Notes: generated from the sequence alone by a model not told the origin. A stretch of 64,000 nt of DNA from Eledone cirrhosa (GCA_964016885.1 OZ024740.1:229896001-229960000); one strand, 5' to 3'. Positions 40,359-54,890 are shown, counted from the stretch's first letter. Numbers and translations: made by a program.

Positions 40359-40596
40359 GTTTAAAGTGTTAATCTCAACCATATTGCGTCATGTTTATTT
40401 TGAGACGCGGGATGAAGTGAATCTACTCTGAAAAAGGCAAGGTTTTCTTCCGTAACGAATATTATACAATATTTTGATTTCTATTATTCATCTTTCTCTT
40501 TGTCTTTCTCTCCTTAAATACATATCTATCTACATATACACACACAGACGTACACGACTTACATGTCCACATACACACACACACACTTTTATATAC

Positions 40597-40681
<85 letters not shown>

Positions 40682-40688
<7 letters not shown>

Positions 40689-41293
40689 TTGTTGACCTAA
40701 GTTAGACCATTTACAACATTCTTACAGACTTTGAGTCGAATCGGTTTGAGATTGCGCAAATGTATAAACATGGAACATGCACACACACAACAACAACAAC
40801 AATCTACCTTTTATAGATAATTGTTTCTACTTTAGGCACAAGGCCAGCAATCACCCAGTGCATTACTGGTACTTTATTTTATCGACCCCGTAAGGATGAA
40901 AGGCAAAGTTAACCTCAGCGGGATTTGAAGTCAGATCATAAAGGGACGTAACTATGCTGGAAATCTACCTTTTATAGATAATGATATATATATATATATA
41001 TATATATATATCATTTTCTATAAAAGGTTAACTTATATATATATCATTATCTATAAAAGGTTAACTTTGCCTTTCATCCTTCCGGGGTCGATAGAATAAA
41101 GTACCAGTAATGCATTGGGTGATTGCTGGCCTTGTGCCAAAAGTAGAAACAATTATCTATAAAAGGCAGATTGTTGTTGTTGTGTGTGTGTGTGCATGTT
41201 CCATGTTTATACATTTGCACAATTTCAAACCGATTCGACTCAAAGTCTGTAAGAATGTTGTAAATGCTCTAACTTAGGTCAACGACTATTTAT
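40682..41293. repeat. Large inverted duplication centred on (TA)n, with a SINE in both arms
   Basis: 40682-40914 is the reverse complement of ~41059-41293 with scattered mismatches. Confidence 0.9.
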
Positions 41294-41652
41294 TTTATTC
41301 AAACTCACCCACAATTATGGAAATAATCGACGTTTTACCCCTCTAATAGAATCTGATACCTCTCTCTACTCCCCTTAAAATTCAATAAAACTACATACAT
41401 GCTTACAAACTTCCTTTAGGAACGCCGAAGAGAGAGAGAGAGAGAACCTTTGTTTTTGACTGTGGAACGGTCAAACATTTATTTACTTCAATGACAAAGA
41501 GAACTTATTACATTTCATACGAAACAACAATTATTCAAAAGCAACAGATAAATGTATCCAACAACAAAAAAATAGCAATAAATCTTTTTTAAAATCTCTC
41601 AAGGAACGTGGAAGAAAGAAGTATGAGTTTATTTACTATACACAATAATATA

Positions 41653-42100
41653 CTCTATGAGGTCACTAAACCTGATAGAAACAGCAGCTAACTCTCCCCC
41701 ATATCACACCCCTCCCTACTGTCTTAAATTTAGAAAACATATCCTCTATGAGGTCACTAAACCTGATAGAAACAGCAGCTAACGCTCCCCCCTATCACAC
41801 CACTCCCTACTGTCTTAAATTTAGAAAACATATCCTCTATGAGGTCACTAAACCTGATAGAAACAGCAGCTAACGCTCCCCCCTATCACACCATTCCCTA
41901 CTGTCTTAAATTTAGAAAACATATCCTCTATGAGGTCACTAAACCTGCTAGAAACAGCAGCTAACTCTCCCCCATATCACCCTCCCAACTGTCTTAAATT
42001 TAGAAAACATATCCTCTATGAGGTCGCTAAACCTGCTAGAAACAGCAGCTAACTCTCCCCCATATCACACCCCTCCCTACTGTCTTAAATTTAGAAAACA
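41653..42100. repeat. 91-bp tandem repeat x5
   Basis: atgaggtc at 41657, 41748, 41839, 41930 and 42018. Confidence 0.95.
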
Positions 42101-42109
42101 CACATTAGA

Positions 42110-42397
42110 CAACCATGCAGAACAACTCCATCGCAGCTCTGTTGTTCAGCTGGCATCGTCTACGCGCGTGTTGCGCAAGCACTGGGAAACAATAATTTTC
42201 AACACTTCTTTGCACAGAGATAATATCCATAGGCGAAACTACAATTGTCACTGCTGGCGCATCTCCTGCTTCGACAGACCAGGTCTGCAATTCATTCACC
42301 CAGTGCCTGGCAGACAAAAAAGTGCTGCCATAAAATGGGTGGTGCAACCTAACTTTGGTAACTTACTGACCCCGAGCAACGCCGGGCTTTAATGCTA

Positions 42398-42398
<1 letters not shown>
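42110..42398 (+). mobile_element. Helitron 3' terminal fragment
   Basis: GC hairpin cccgagcaacgccggg followed 8 nt later by CTAG (42395-42398), then T; the left boundary is a guess. Confidence 0.6.
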
Positions 42399-42446
<48 letters not shown>

Positions 42447-42450
<4 letters not shown>

Positions 42451-43811
42451 TAAGAGGAATTCCAACTTTGTCTGATTTACTCGTTTTATTTACAATCCTT
42501 TAAAATTTATAATGGTATTATAATGAAATAGTATGATAGAATATTAAATTCTAAGTCTTAATTGAACAAGTACTTTCATGCTTTCGGAATCTTCAGGTAC
42601 ATAATATGTGGTGACAGTCAAGTTTGCAATTTTCAACTGTAATGAGATGGGTAAATTTTGTACCTTATATACAGTGAAAAGTGGCTCTAGAATGCTAAAT
42701 CTTGCGAACTGTATTTCGACCAATCGGTGTGTAGTTTCACTGAATTACTAAAGCTGATTGGTTTAAGCGTCACGGCTGGTTGAGCATGTCTAACAACCAA
42801 TAATTAATCATATCCAAAGCATCAATTGTTTTGCTATTTTTAGAAATGATGAAAATAGCATTTTCTAGTAATCATCACCATCAACATTACTTTTATTATT
42901 ATTATTATTGTTGTTGTTCTTGTTGTTGTTGTTGTTAGTGGTCGTAGTCGACATGGTCGTAGTCGACATGGTCGTAGTCGACATGGTCGTAGTCATAGTC
43001 ATAGTAGAAGTAATACCCCTAAGCGTTATTATTGTTCATTTAGCTTGGGTTTGAATTTATCAATAAAATTCTTTTCTTTGATTTTTCTCTTGATTTCACT
43101 TGGGCTGTGTAATTTGTAGAATGGGAATATTATAAATATTCCCTGACCACATGTTGCTAGATGGTTACTTAGGGGTATCTGACGGACATTTGGGTCTCTG
43201 ATTTGCTGACGGTGTACCCGTGCACGTTCCAATAGTGCATTTCCAGTTTGACCGACATATAGTTCTTCACAATTCGGGCATTTAATGCAGTAAATTAGAT
43301 TTCTGCTTTTGCAGTTCATATTTGCATTTGGGAATATTTTTCCAGTTTTTGTTTTCATATACTGACCGGCGTGTATGGATTGACATGTGCCGCATCGACT
43401 ATCATTGCATTTAGATACAGTGAATGATTGGTTTTTGTTGTTAAGGTCAAACTTTGCTTTTGTTAGTAATTGCTTCAAATTTTTTGGCTGTCTTTTACTA
43501 AGAGTCAAAGATCGATCTGTGATTAAGCCTTTTAATTCATTACTTTGAGCAATGATCGGTAGGTTTGCTTTGGCAGTGTTGAAGATATTCTGGTGACATG
43601 GGTTGTGTGTCATTATAAATGGTATGACCAGTTCTTGGTTTCTTCTTCCTTTGGTTGTCCTAAGTTGTTGTATAGGTATTTTTATAGCCCGCTGTATGCC
43701 ATTTTCTATAAGTAGAGATGGGTATTTTTGTTTGAGCAAAAATTCTCTTAGTTCTGTTAGGCGTTTCTACCTTGTATTTGTATCTTCTACAATGGTACAA
43801 ATTCTTCTGGC

Positions 43812-43812
<1 letters not shown>
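42447..43812 (-). mobile_element. 5'-truncated Neptune-like PLE with open GIY-YIG ORF (43029-43739) and degenerate HHR (~42560-42606)
   Basis: KRQPKNLKQLL, KCNDSRCGTC, NLIYCIKCPNCEELYVGQTG, FKPKLN; CTGAAGA-ttccgaaagcat-GAAA-gtac-TT; (TA)n on both sides. Confidence 0.9.
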
Positions 43813-43842
<30 letters not shown>

Positions 43843-43909
43843 AAGTATATACATATATGTGTATATATATATATTTATATAAAAAGAAATATATATATAT
43901 GTATATATG

Positions 43910-44049
<140 letters not shown>

Positions 44050-44379
44050 TTCATGCACACACAAAAAGGTGTTTATGCACATATGCACATATGTGTAGAG
44101 AGGCTACAGTGAGTATTAAAGTATTAAAAGGAATCCATAATGAAGCAGGCATGTTATACGATAGAATTACGACCATATGTGAAATAATAACAACATTTGG
44201 GCTGTAGTAATGTTATATCGTTATTTAGATATCAAAAAGTCGTACAAGAAGAAACGCCATGAAATTAGCTGTACGGCTTCAACTATTTTTAATGTCTACC
44301 TTGATAATATTTTCATATTGGTGAGAGATTGCATTCATACTGCTTGCAACAGCAGCATGGGTGGTGTTGGTGGCGGTTT

Positions 44380-44431
<52 letters not shown>

Positions 44432-44605
44432 TCTTTCTTCCCTAGTTGTATGTTTTCTCTTTAGCTGTGATGTACTATGTCTTAGTATACATGTTTGCCT
44501 TATTTGGATTTTGGGGATTTGGGGATGTTCTTGAGTTTAGGTTGGTATACACACACATATACACACACACACACATACACACACACACACATACACACAC
44601 ACACA

Positions 44606-45455
44606 TTGGCAGTATTGTTAGGGCGTTCAGACACCGTGCTTTGCAGCATAGAGTCATGGCCCTTTATTTTCTGATTTCAAATCCCGCCGAAGTTAACTTT
44701 GCCTTTCATACTTACAGGGTCGATAAAATAAAGTACCAGTAATACACTGGGGTAATTGCTGGCCTTGTGCCAAAAGTCGAAACAATTATATACATACACA
44801 CACACACATATAGTGTCTGTGTGTGTGTTTATATGTATATTTCTGGTGAGCGTATTAGCTAACGGTCGTGAAATCGATTCCCCGGCGGCGCGTTGTGTCC
44901 TTGAACAAGACACTTTATTTCACGTTGCTCCAGTCAACTCAGCTGGTAAAAATGAGTTGTACCTGTAATTCAAAGACCCAGCATTGTCACATTCTATGTC
45001 ACGCTGAATCTCTCTTCGCCTATCTGTGGAATGCTCAGTCACTTGCACGTTAATTTCACGAGCAGACTGTTACGTTGGTCGAATCAACTGGAACACACAT
45101 CGTCGTAACTGACGGAGTGCCAGTTAACATACAGTGCTCTACCTTATTCTGTTACCTACAGTCATGATGTGCGATGCTCTACCGACCTGCCAATCCCTCG
45201 TCATGACAACAAACTGGTTTCTGATTTAGACATACAAGACTCTAATTTTTGGTGGGTTGGGGAGAATAGAACAGTTGACTATATAGACCCCAGTACTAGA
45301 CTGGTATTTTATTTTATCGACACGGGAAGAATAAAAAGGCAAAGTCGAATTTTAAAAAAAAGCAACGGTGAGATTTGAACACAGAACGTATAAAACAGTA
45401 ACTAAATGCAGCAAATCATTTTGTTTGACGCTCTGACGATTCTTCTATTTCGTCG
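44606..45455. mobile_element. SINE cluster (44606-44786 +, CORE-like 44845-45123 +, diverged 45165-45455 -)
   Basis: Family motifs as above. Confidence 0.75.
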
Positions 45456-47167
45456 CCATCAAAGCTGCTTTATTTTTATATATTATTACATTTTTTTTTT
45501 ACAGTAATGAGAATGCGTTGACAGAAAGAGTAAAGCGAAATGTTCCATCTGTCTTACATCTAAGTTTATATCCCACCGGGGTTTACTTTACATTTCAACA
45601 TTACATGTTTGATGATATAAACACCACTACATTGGATTCAATCAACTATACGTTTCCATGTTCTTTCCCTCTGTAAATTGGCTGCGTGCATTGTCAAAAG
45701 AAATCAATATATTTAATGTAAGCGCCAAATGCCTTTCCTCATAGCCAGATGATAGATATACATTAATTTGTGCTGGAATTACTTCGGTTCGGCAATATTT
45801 CATCCAGTGGTAAAAGACACCTAGTTGCATCATCTCATCAAGTTGATTATTATTTCAAATTATCATTCAAGTAAAGACGACCTTCTACTTCTTATTCGTA
45901 TTCCCTGTTCAGTATACACTTTTAAATTGTCCTTGTGTAGATGGATCTTTTCCTACAGTGAGCTTCTCATCCGAATCTTTACATTACGATAACTATCTCA
46001 TATATCATCTACCATTGTATGTGATTGCTGTGCTATCATAGTGCCTTCGGCAAATGATACATTTTACACGTTTATTCAGTCATATCGACTCTAGAACTAT
46101 TTGAAATATATCATATCAAAGCATAGGGATTTCTTTGAAAGGAAATGTGAGTGGTAATGTTTAAACGTTTTCTAGAGATATAAAGTGTAGCAATTCTGAG
46201 ATCGAGGCCTACTCACATTCGGTAATTTTTCTTTTCTCTCCTTTATTTTCTATTTATTTATGTTTTCATTTATTTATTTTACAGTTTAGTCAGGGAGGAA
46301 AAGGCTGTATCTAGGATTAATTTGACGGCTCCTGAGATTAGTAGAAAGGAAAATGGCATCCTCAAACAGCAAACATGATCTGATTTTATGTAGCAGTGCA
46401 GATTCCGTTAAAGACACTCGAAGACCACTGGTGGTGACAGATTATGTATACCTCTGAAGTTGGTCGCAGCAGGATCTGTCCGCAAAACGTCAAGAGCCTG
46501 AAGAAGTACAATCGATCTCGTTTGATGCTCTAACGATTCCGTCCATCACCATATATTGGTGCTTTATTTTATCGATCGCGAAGTGATGAAAGGCAAATTT
46601 AACCTCGGCAGGATTTGAACTCAGGACACAGAAACTCGGAACAAATATTGCTAGACATTTTGTTCTTCGCTTTAACGGCTCAGTCAGTTCGTCTCCTAGA
46701 AGTGTAGCTATGTGATAAAGCCATGAGAATTATTGTTGTTCTTGTTTAGCTCCTGATCGGCACTGATAGAGCAGACAAACATATGATAAAAGATCATTCC
46801 AACCATAGCCATCTTGCTCTTCTGGAATACAGTACCCAAGGCCACCTTCAATATGTATTTTATAAGGTGTGTAATTTGAGAAAGATTTAGCTATGATTTT
46901 TAGCAGAGCGAACATAAAACATCCGCTTAATCTGATCTTCTGTTGTTTTTCCTTACAGGTTTAAAACAAGAATTGCAAAACCCATGCCTCTATTTTACAG
47001 ACGATTCTCATAAAACTAATACTAAAAGAACAAAAATTGTAGTTAGAATTGTTGTTGCTACAATGTTTGTTAGAAATAATGGAATGAAAATGATAGTAAA
47101 GCAAGACAAATAAAACAGTCTATACTTTTACCTAATATTTCATATTTCGGAGTTGAAACTCCTTCAT

Positions 47168-47537
47168 CAAAGGAAAGGAAATTGAGTTTTTCGGCATTGT
47201 TATAGAAAAAGAGTTTATTGAAATGGTTTTTTTAATTACATCTTATCTCGTTGAATCCCTGAATAATTTCACGGAACCCACTTTAGGAAACACCTTTCTG
47301 GAGACACGCCCAGACTTTTAAAGATCAAATTTGTTTCTACACTTTAACCCCTTGTTCAAAGGAAAGGAAATGGACCTTTTCTGCATTGTTCTAGAAAGAG
47401 AATTTATTAAATTTTTATAATTTTTTTCAGACATCTTATCTCGTGGAATCTCAGAATAACTTCACAGAACCCACTTTAGAACCTTTCTGGAAACACGCCC
47501 AGATTTTTAAGGATCATATTTGTTTCCACACCTTAAC
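47168..47537. repeat. ~190-bp diverged tandem duplication
   Basis: caaaggaaaggaaat...ttaac occurs twice. Confidence 0.8.
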
Positions 47538-47899
47538 AGGTAGACAAATACACTTTAGCGTTCATTTTCCTCTACAAAATACCCTCTACACTACTTAACT
47601 CGAGTGATTCAGTGAAAATACAGGGTTTTAGATACCAACTAATTGAAGCAACGTGAATCGGCTTTTCGTGAAAGCTGAAACCAACGATTGTCGCTCTTTT
47701 GTTTCCTGCCTGCAAATGAAGAAATCGATTCCAATGATTAGTCTTTGCTGACCGAATTTTACATCAATGACGTCACCGATTCTTTAATGTGATGAGTCTG
47801 ACAATCAGCTAGCTATTACATTATTACATGTTCCTTTTGATTCTGTTGGATGCATTCATGCATTTATGCGTATCTTCACGAACTCAATGCGCATGCACG

Positions 47900-49059
47900 T
47901 ATCTGTTTGTCTGCGTGAGTATGTGTAATTGTATGTATGTGAATGTGTGAATGTGTGTGTGTGTGAATGTATATGTTTGTGTAAATGTGAATGTGTAATT
48001 GCGTGTATATGTGAATATGTGTGTGTGTGAATGTGTACGTATGTGTGAATGTGTATGTGTATGTGTGTGAATGTGTATATGTGTGTGTTAATATGTATGT
48101 GTGTGTGTGAATGTGAATAAGTGTGCGTGTGAATGTGTAATTGCGTGTACGTGTGAGTGTGTATGTATGTGAATGTGTATGTGTGTGTGCGTTAATATGA
48201 ATGTGTATGTGAATATGAATATGTGTGCATGTAAATTGCGTGTGTGAGTATAATTGCGTGTGAATGTGTATGTATGTGTGAATGCGTATGTCTGTGTGTT
48301 AATATGTATATGTGTGTGAATGTGTAATTGTGTGCATGTGTGTGTGTGCATGTATATGAATGTGTATGTACGCGTAAATGTATATATATATGTGCGTGTG
48401 TGAATGTGTATATATGTGTGTGTATATGTGACTGTGCGTGTATGTCAATGTGTATGTGTGTGTGTGATTGTACATAAATGTGTGAATGTGTTTGTGTGTG
48501 TGTGATTGTACATAAATGTGTGAATGTGTTTGTGTGTGTGTTAATATGTATGTGTGTGTGACTGTGTATGCGTGTGAATGTGTATGTGTATATGAATGTG
48601 TATATGTATGTTTGTGCAAATGTGTGGCTGTATATTTGTGAATGTATGTATGTCTAAATGTGTGTATGTTTGCGTGTGTATGTGTGTGTCTGTATGTCTG
48701 TGTCTGTGTATGCATGTTTGCGTGTGACTGTGTGTGTGTGTCTGTATGTGTGTCTGTGTATATGTATGTCTGTGTGTGAGTGTGTGTGTGTGTCAGTATG
48801 GATGTCTGTGTATATGTGTGTTTGCGTGTGAATGTGTGTGTGTGTGTATGTGTGTTTGTGTGTGAGTGTGTGTGTGTGTGTGTCTGTATTTGTGCCTGTG
48901 TGTCTGTATGCGTGTCTGTATGTGTGTCTGTGTGTGTGTCTGTGTGTGTGTCTGCGTGTCTGTGTGTCTATGCATGTCTGTGTGTGTCTGTATGTGTGTC
49001 TGTGTGTATGTGTGTTTGTGAGTGTGTGTGTATATGTGTGAGTGGGTGTGTGTATATAT

Positions 49060-49100
<41 letters not shown>

Positions 49101-51380
49101 AGTGTGTGTGAGTGTGCGTGTGCGTGTGTGTGAGTGTGTGTGTGTGTGTGTGAGTGTGCGTGTGTGTGAGTGTGTGTGTGAGTGCGTGTGAGTGTGCGTG
49201 TGCGTGAGTGTGTGAGTGTGTGTGTGTGTATGTGTGTGTGTGTATATGTGTGTGTGTGCATATGTGTGAGTGTGTGTGTGAGTGTGTGTGAGTGTGTGTG
49301 TGAGTGTGCGTGTGTGTGAGTGTGTGTGTGAGTGCGTGTGAGTGTGCGTGTGCGTGAGTGTGTGAGTGTGTGTGTGTATATGTGTGTGTGTGTATATGTG
49401 TGAGTGTGTATATGACATGCATCTGTGTACAAAATTCAGTATACAACTTCAAGAAGTTGTATACTTGTGTGGATATATGTATACCTGTGTTTACGTGCGT
49501 GTTTGTGTATATGTTTAAATGTGTATGTGTGCGCGCCCGCGTGTGTGAAGGTGTGTGTATGTTTATGTGTGTGTGTGTTTATGTGTGTGTGATTGTTTAT
49601 GCATGTGTTTAAATACGTGTGTGTGTGTGTGAATGTTTGTGTATGTGTTTAAATGCATGTGTGTGTGTGAATGTTTGTGTATGTGTTTAAATGCATGTGT
49701 GTGTGAACATTTGTGTAGGTGTTTAAATGCATGTGTGTGCGTGTGTGAATGTTTGTGTATGTGTTTAAATGCATGTGTGTGTAATGTTTGTGTATGTGTT
49801 TAAATGCATGTGTGTGTGAATGTTTGTGTATGTGTTTAAATGCATGTGTGTGCGTGTGTGAATGTTTGTGTATGTGTTTAAATGTATGTTTATGTATGTG
49901 TTTAAATGTATGTGTGTGAATGTTTAGATACGTGTTTAAATGTATGTATGTGTGTGTGTGAATATTTGTGTTTAAATGTGTGTATGTGTGCGTGTGTGTG
50001 TGTGTGAATGATTATGTATGTTTAAATGTGTGTGTGTGTATGTGTGTAAATGTTTGTATATGTGTTTAAATTATGTGTATGAACGTTTGTGTGTGTGTGT
50101 ATGAGTGTGTGAGTGTGTGTGAGTGTGTGTGAGTGGATGTGTATGTGTGTGTGTGTGAGAGTGTGTGTGTATGAGTGTGTGTGTAAGTGGATGTGTGTGT
50201 GTATGTGTATGTGTATGTGTGAGTGTGTGTGTGTGTGTGTGAGTGTGAGTATATGTGTGTACATGTGTGTGTGTGAGTGGATGTGTGTATGTGTGTGTGT
50301 GTATGTGAGTGGATGTGTGGATGTGTGTATGTGTGTGTGTGTGCGTGTGAGTAGATGTGTGGATGTGTGTATGTGTGTGTGTGTGAGTGGATATGTGGAT
50401 GTGTGTATGTGTGTGTGTGCGTGTGAGTAGATGTGTGGATGTGTGTATGTGTGTGTGTATGTGAATGTTTGTGTGTGTTATCTGAATGAGATGCTTCTGT
50501 ATATACATTCCAGTTTCCGGTTTTATGGAAATCTTCTGTACGTCTATATATGGACGTATGCATGTCTGTTGATGTGTGTGTGTGTATGTGTATGTATATG
50601 TCTCTGTTTATGTGTGTGTATGTATGTGTATGTATATGTCTCTGTTTATGTGTGTGTATGTATGTGTATGTGCGCGTATGCGTTTTTGTGTGTGTGAGTG
50701 TGTGCCTGTGCAGGTGTGCGTAAGTGTGTTTGTGAGTGTGTGTGTATGTGTGTGTGTGTGCATGTATGTATGTGTTTGTATGTGCGTGTGTGTGTATATA
50801 TGCGCGCGTGTATGTATGTGTGTATACGTTCGTGTGTGTAGCTGTGTTTATAAGCGCGTGTGTGTATATGTGCGTGTGTGTTTGTGCGTATGTGTTTCTG
50901 TGTTTGTGTGTGTGTAATGTGTATGTGTGAGTGTGTGTTTGTGCGCGTGTGTTTCTGTGTTTGTGTGTGTGTAATGTGTATGTGTGTAATGAGTATGTGT
51001 GTTTCTGTGTTTGTGTGTGTGTGTGTGTGTAATGAGTATGTGTGAGCGTGTGTTTGTGCGCGTGTGTTTGTGTGTGTGTAATGTGTATGTGTGTAATGAG
51101 TATGTGTGAGTGTGTGTTTGTGCGAGTGTGTTTCTGTGTTTGTGTGTGTGTGTGTGTGTAATGAGTATGTGTGAGTGTGTGTTTGTGCGCGTGTGTTTCT
51201 GTGTTTGTGTGTGTGTGTGTGTATGTGTGTAATGAGTATGTGTGAGTGTGTTTGTGCGCGTGTGTTTCTGTGTGTATGTGTAATGTGTATGTGCTCGTGT
51301 GTGTTTGTGCGCATGTGTGTTTGTGCGCGTGTGTTTGTGTGTTCGTGTGTGTGTATGTGTGCGTGTGTATGTGTGTGTGA

Positions 51381-51445
<65 letters not shown>

Positions 51446-51770
51446 ATTGCTAAATAAATGCCTTGTTACGGTTTGTAGGAAAGCATGAGTGTGTATGTGC
51501 ATGTTGATACATGTGGGTATGTCTGTGTTTGTGTATGTGTGTGTGATTGTGCGTGTGCTTCTTTCTCTATGTATATATTTGAGTAAGTTTTTAAGGAAAG
51601 ATTGTATGTCTGTGTGTATGTGTGTGTGTGTGTGTATCTATTCATGCATGTGTGTGTGTCTGTTGCGTGCCTATGTGTACGTGTGTGTATGTGTCTATGC
51701 ATGTATGTGTGTGTGGATGTATGTATGTGTGTTTGTATGTATATATGTGCATGAATATATATATATATAT
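47900..51770. repeat. Long degenerate (GT)n compound microsatellite
   Basis: Direct inspection. Confidence 0.95.
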
Positions 51771-51772
51771 AT

Positions 51773-51935
51773 AACGAAGGAAATGTGGTAAGGAACCAGG
51801 TGGACCATAACGCACCAAAGTACTCAATACTTAGGGTAGTAGAGTGGGTAATAGGAACAAGTAAGACCCCGACGGCTGAGCTCAAGCCGTTTCGACGGCT
51901 AATTCTTGAGCTCAGCCGTCGGGGTCTTACTTGTT

Positions 51936-51938
<3 letters not shown>
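51773..51938. mobile_element. Fold-back cassette, family D
   Basis: Both arms carry the private variant aacaagtaag; TA-flanked. Confidence 0.85.
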
Positions 51939-52002
<64 letters not shown>

Positions 52003-52091
52003 GAGTTAAACAATTTTCAATGAGTACATCAAAGAATGAGTTTTACAGTAGATTGGAAGCACTCTACAGTAATAATTTTCCAGAGTTATTA

Positions 52092-52378
52092 ATATTAAAA
52101 TACAAATATTCATAAAATAGATGTTCTTTTGATCAATTACATTTTATTATACATATTTCGGAGGTACAACAGTACGTCCTCATCAGAAGAAATATAATGA
52201 TACATGACATACCCTGAGATGTTACATGATTAAATCTTAACCATTTAACATCTCAGGGTATGTCATGTATCATTATATTTTGTCTGATGAGGACGTACTG
52301 TTGTACCTCCGAAATATGTATAATAAAATGTAATTGATCAAAAGAACATCTATTTTATTAATATTTGTATTTTAATAT
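52092..52378. mobile_element. 287-bp palindrome with a complete HHR on each strand
   Basis: Plus HHR 52272-52334: attatattttgt-CTGATGA-ggacgtac tgtt gtacctcc-GAAA-tatgta-TA-ataaaatgtaat; minus copy 52136-52198. Confidence 0.88.
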
Positions 52379-52394
52379 ATATATATATCCGGGA

Positions 52395-52562
52395 GCTTCC
52401 AACAGAAATGGTCGCATTCTTTAAGGGTATGTCAATATTTATTTATAAAACCGCTCTATATTATATTTTATCGGATGAAAGCACACCATAATTTAACTTG
52501 GTGTCCTTGAAATATGTATAATGAAATAAATATGGTTTTATAAATATAGTTTCCATTTGTTA

Positions 52563-52570
<8 letters not shown>
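52395..52570 (+). mobile_element. Solo fragment of the Naiad-like pLTR, HHR with U4G mutation
   Basis: Near identical to 62738-62906; core reads CGGATGA. Confidence 0.8.
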
Positions 52571-52599
<29 letters not shown>

Positions 52600-52603
<4 letters not shown>

Positions 52604-53195
52604 AAATGGGGAGAAGAATACTGCATGGTTGCACATGGATAACATGTTATAAAATGAGTCCCTCATCAGTGATTTACCAACGGTCATAGGTATTTCATTG
52701 CATTAAAAATCATATACCTCACGTTGGCGCAATAATAACTAAAATAAGTTATTAGGACAATTAAAACGCGTAAAGCGAGTGAGACAAGTAAACAACACAC
52801 AGGAAAGCTAACCGAAGATAGGAAAGACACAAGCTACATAGTTATTCTATCAGTATAAGCTGGGTGAATATATGAGCGAGTAGAAAATAGACCTTTCGAG
52901 ATGAATCCAATGTAAGAAAGAAGGAAAATCGTTAACATCGCGAACGGGGGGAAGTGAGAAGGGGAGAAACAGTGAGTGAGTGAGTGGAAGTGTGAGGAAG
53001 AGGTCAGTAGAGAGAAAGTGTTAACTGACATGACAGAGGGGAGGAAAGAAAGTAAGAGAAACAGAGAGAACGAGGGAGCAGTAAGAGAGAGAGAGAGAAA
53101 AACAGAATCGCAGTTTAGGTAAATATATGTGAAAAAATGGGGAGAAGAATACTGCATGGTTGCACATGGATAACATGTTATAAAATGAGTCCCTC
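52600..53195 (-). mobile_element. Family G pLTR with partial tandem duplication
   Basis: 52600-52665 is repeated at 53130-53195, a layout typical of PLE partial tandem pLTRs. Confidence 0.65.
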
Positions 53196-53399
53196 AACTT
53201 TGCCTTTCATCCTTACGGGGTCGATAAAATAAAGTACCAGTAATGCACTGGGGTTAATTTAATCGACTTTCCCCTGCCCCCTAAATGCGAAACCAATATA
53301 TATATAGGTATATAAATGAGAGGTATAGAGATTGTTTTAGCGAGAAGCTAATAGTATTCTCTAACATATATGCGACTATAACGTCAAGATGGGAAAAGT

Positions 53400-54562
53400 A
53401 GTATATAGGTATATATGTATGTGCGTATGTAAGTATGTGTATGTATGCAAGTATAGGTCTGTGTGCATGTGTTTATGTATGCATGTATGTGTAATGTATG
53501 TATATGTGTTTCTGTGTGTGTCTGTGTATGCATGTATGTTTGTGTGTGTATATCTGTGTGTATGTATGCATATGTGTGTGTATGCATGTGTGTGTGTATG
53601 CATGTGTGTGTTTCTGTGTGTGTCCGTTTGTATGTATGCATATGTGTGTGTGTGTGAGTATGCATATATGTGTGTTTCTGTGTGTCTGTCTGTCTATGTG
53701 TGTATGCATGTGTGTGTGTGTCTGTGTGTGTCTCTGTATGTCTGTGTGTGTCTGTGTGTGTGTCTGTGTGTGTCTGTGTGTGTGTCTGTGTGTGTCTGTG
53801 TGTGTGTCTGTGTGTGTCTGTGTGTGTCTTTGTGTGTGTCTGTGTGTGTCTGTGTGTGTGTCTGTGTCTGTATGTGTGTGTATGTGTGTGTCTGTGTCTG
53901 TATGTGTGTGTATGTGTGTGTCTGTGTGTGTGTCTGTATGTATGTGTATGTGTGTGTCTGTGTGTGTGTCTGTGTGTCTGTGTGTGTCTGTGTGTGTGCC
54001 TGTGTGTCTGTGTGTCTGTGTGTCTCTGTGTGTGTCTCTGTGTGTGTCTCTGTGTGTGTCTGTGTGTATATGTGTGTGTCTGTGTGTGTATCTGTGTGTG
54101 TCTGTGTGTCTGTGAGTGTTTGTGTGTGTCTGTGTGTCTGTGTGTCTGTGTGTGTCTGTGTGTGTCTGTGTGTGCCTGTGTGTGTGTCTGTGTGTCTGTG
54201 TGTCTGTGTGTGTCTGTGTGTGTCTGTGTGTATGTCTGTGTGTCTGTGTGTGTCTGTGTGTCTCTGTGTGTGTAAATATGTATCAAACTATTACAAAGAT
54301 GTTTGTCGTCCATCTGAGATCTGGTCATTGACACGTCACTGCTATTAACACGACTTGTTGCTATTGATGTCGTCATCGTCATCCTCGGCGTTGTTGTTGT
54401 TGTGGTTGTTGTCGTTGTTGTCGTTGTTGTTGTTGTTGTCGTTGTTGTTGTCGTTGTCGTTGTCGTTGTTGTTGTCGTTGTCGTTGTTGTCGTTGTTGTT
54501 GTTGTTGTTGTTGTCGTTGTTGTTGTTGTTGTCGTTGTTGTTGTTGTTGGTGTTGTCGTTGT

Positions 54563-54595
<33 letters not shown>

Positions 54596-54620
54596 CGTTG
54601 TCGTTGTTGTTGTTGTTGTC

Positions 54621-54667
<47 letters not shown>

Positions 54668-54890
54668 CGTTGTTGTTGTTGTCGTCGTTGTTGTTGTTGT
54701 TGTTGTTGTTGTCGTCGTTGTTGTTGTTGTTGTTGTCGTTTTTGGTCGTCGTCGGTGTTGCTGTTGTTGTTGTTGTTGTTGTTGCTGTTGTCGTCGTTGC
54801 CGTTTTTGGTCGTTGTTGTTGTCGCCGTTGTTGTAGTCGTTGTGGTCGTTGTCGTTGTTGTTCTTGTTGTCGTTGTTGTCGTTGTTTGTG
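53400..54890. repeat. (GT/GTCT)n then (GTT/GTC)n microsatellites
   Basis: Direct inspection. Confidence 0.95.

Noticed and set aside
41653-42100. Tandem retrozyme-like array (ctatgagg...gaaac)
   Set aside because: The core lacks G5 and stems I and III cannot be formed.
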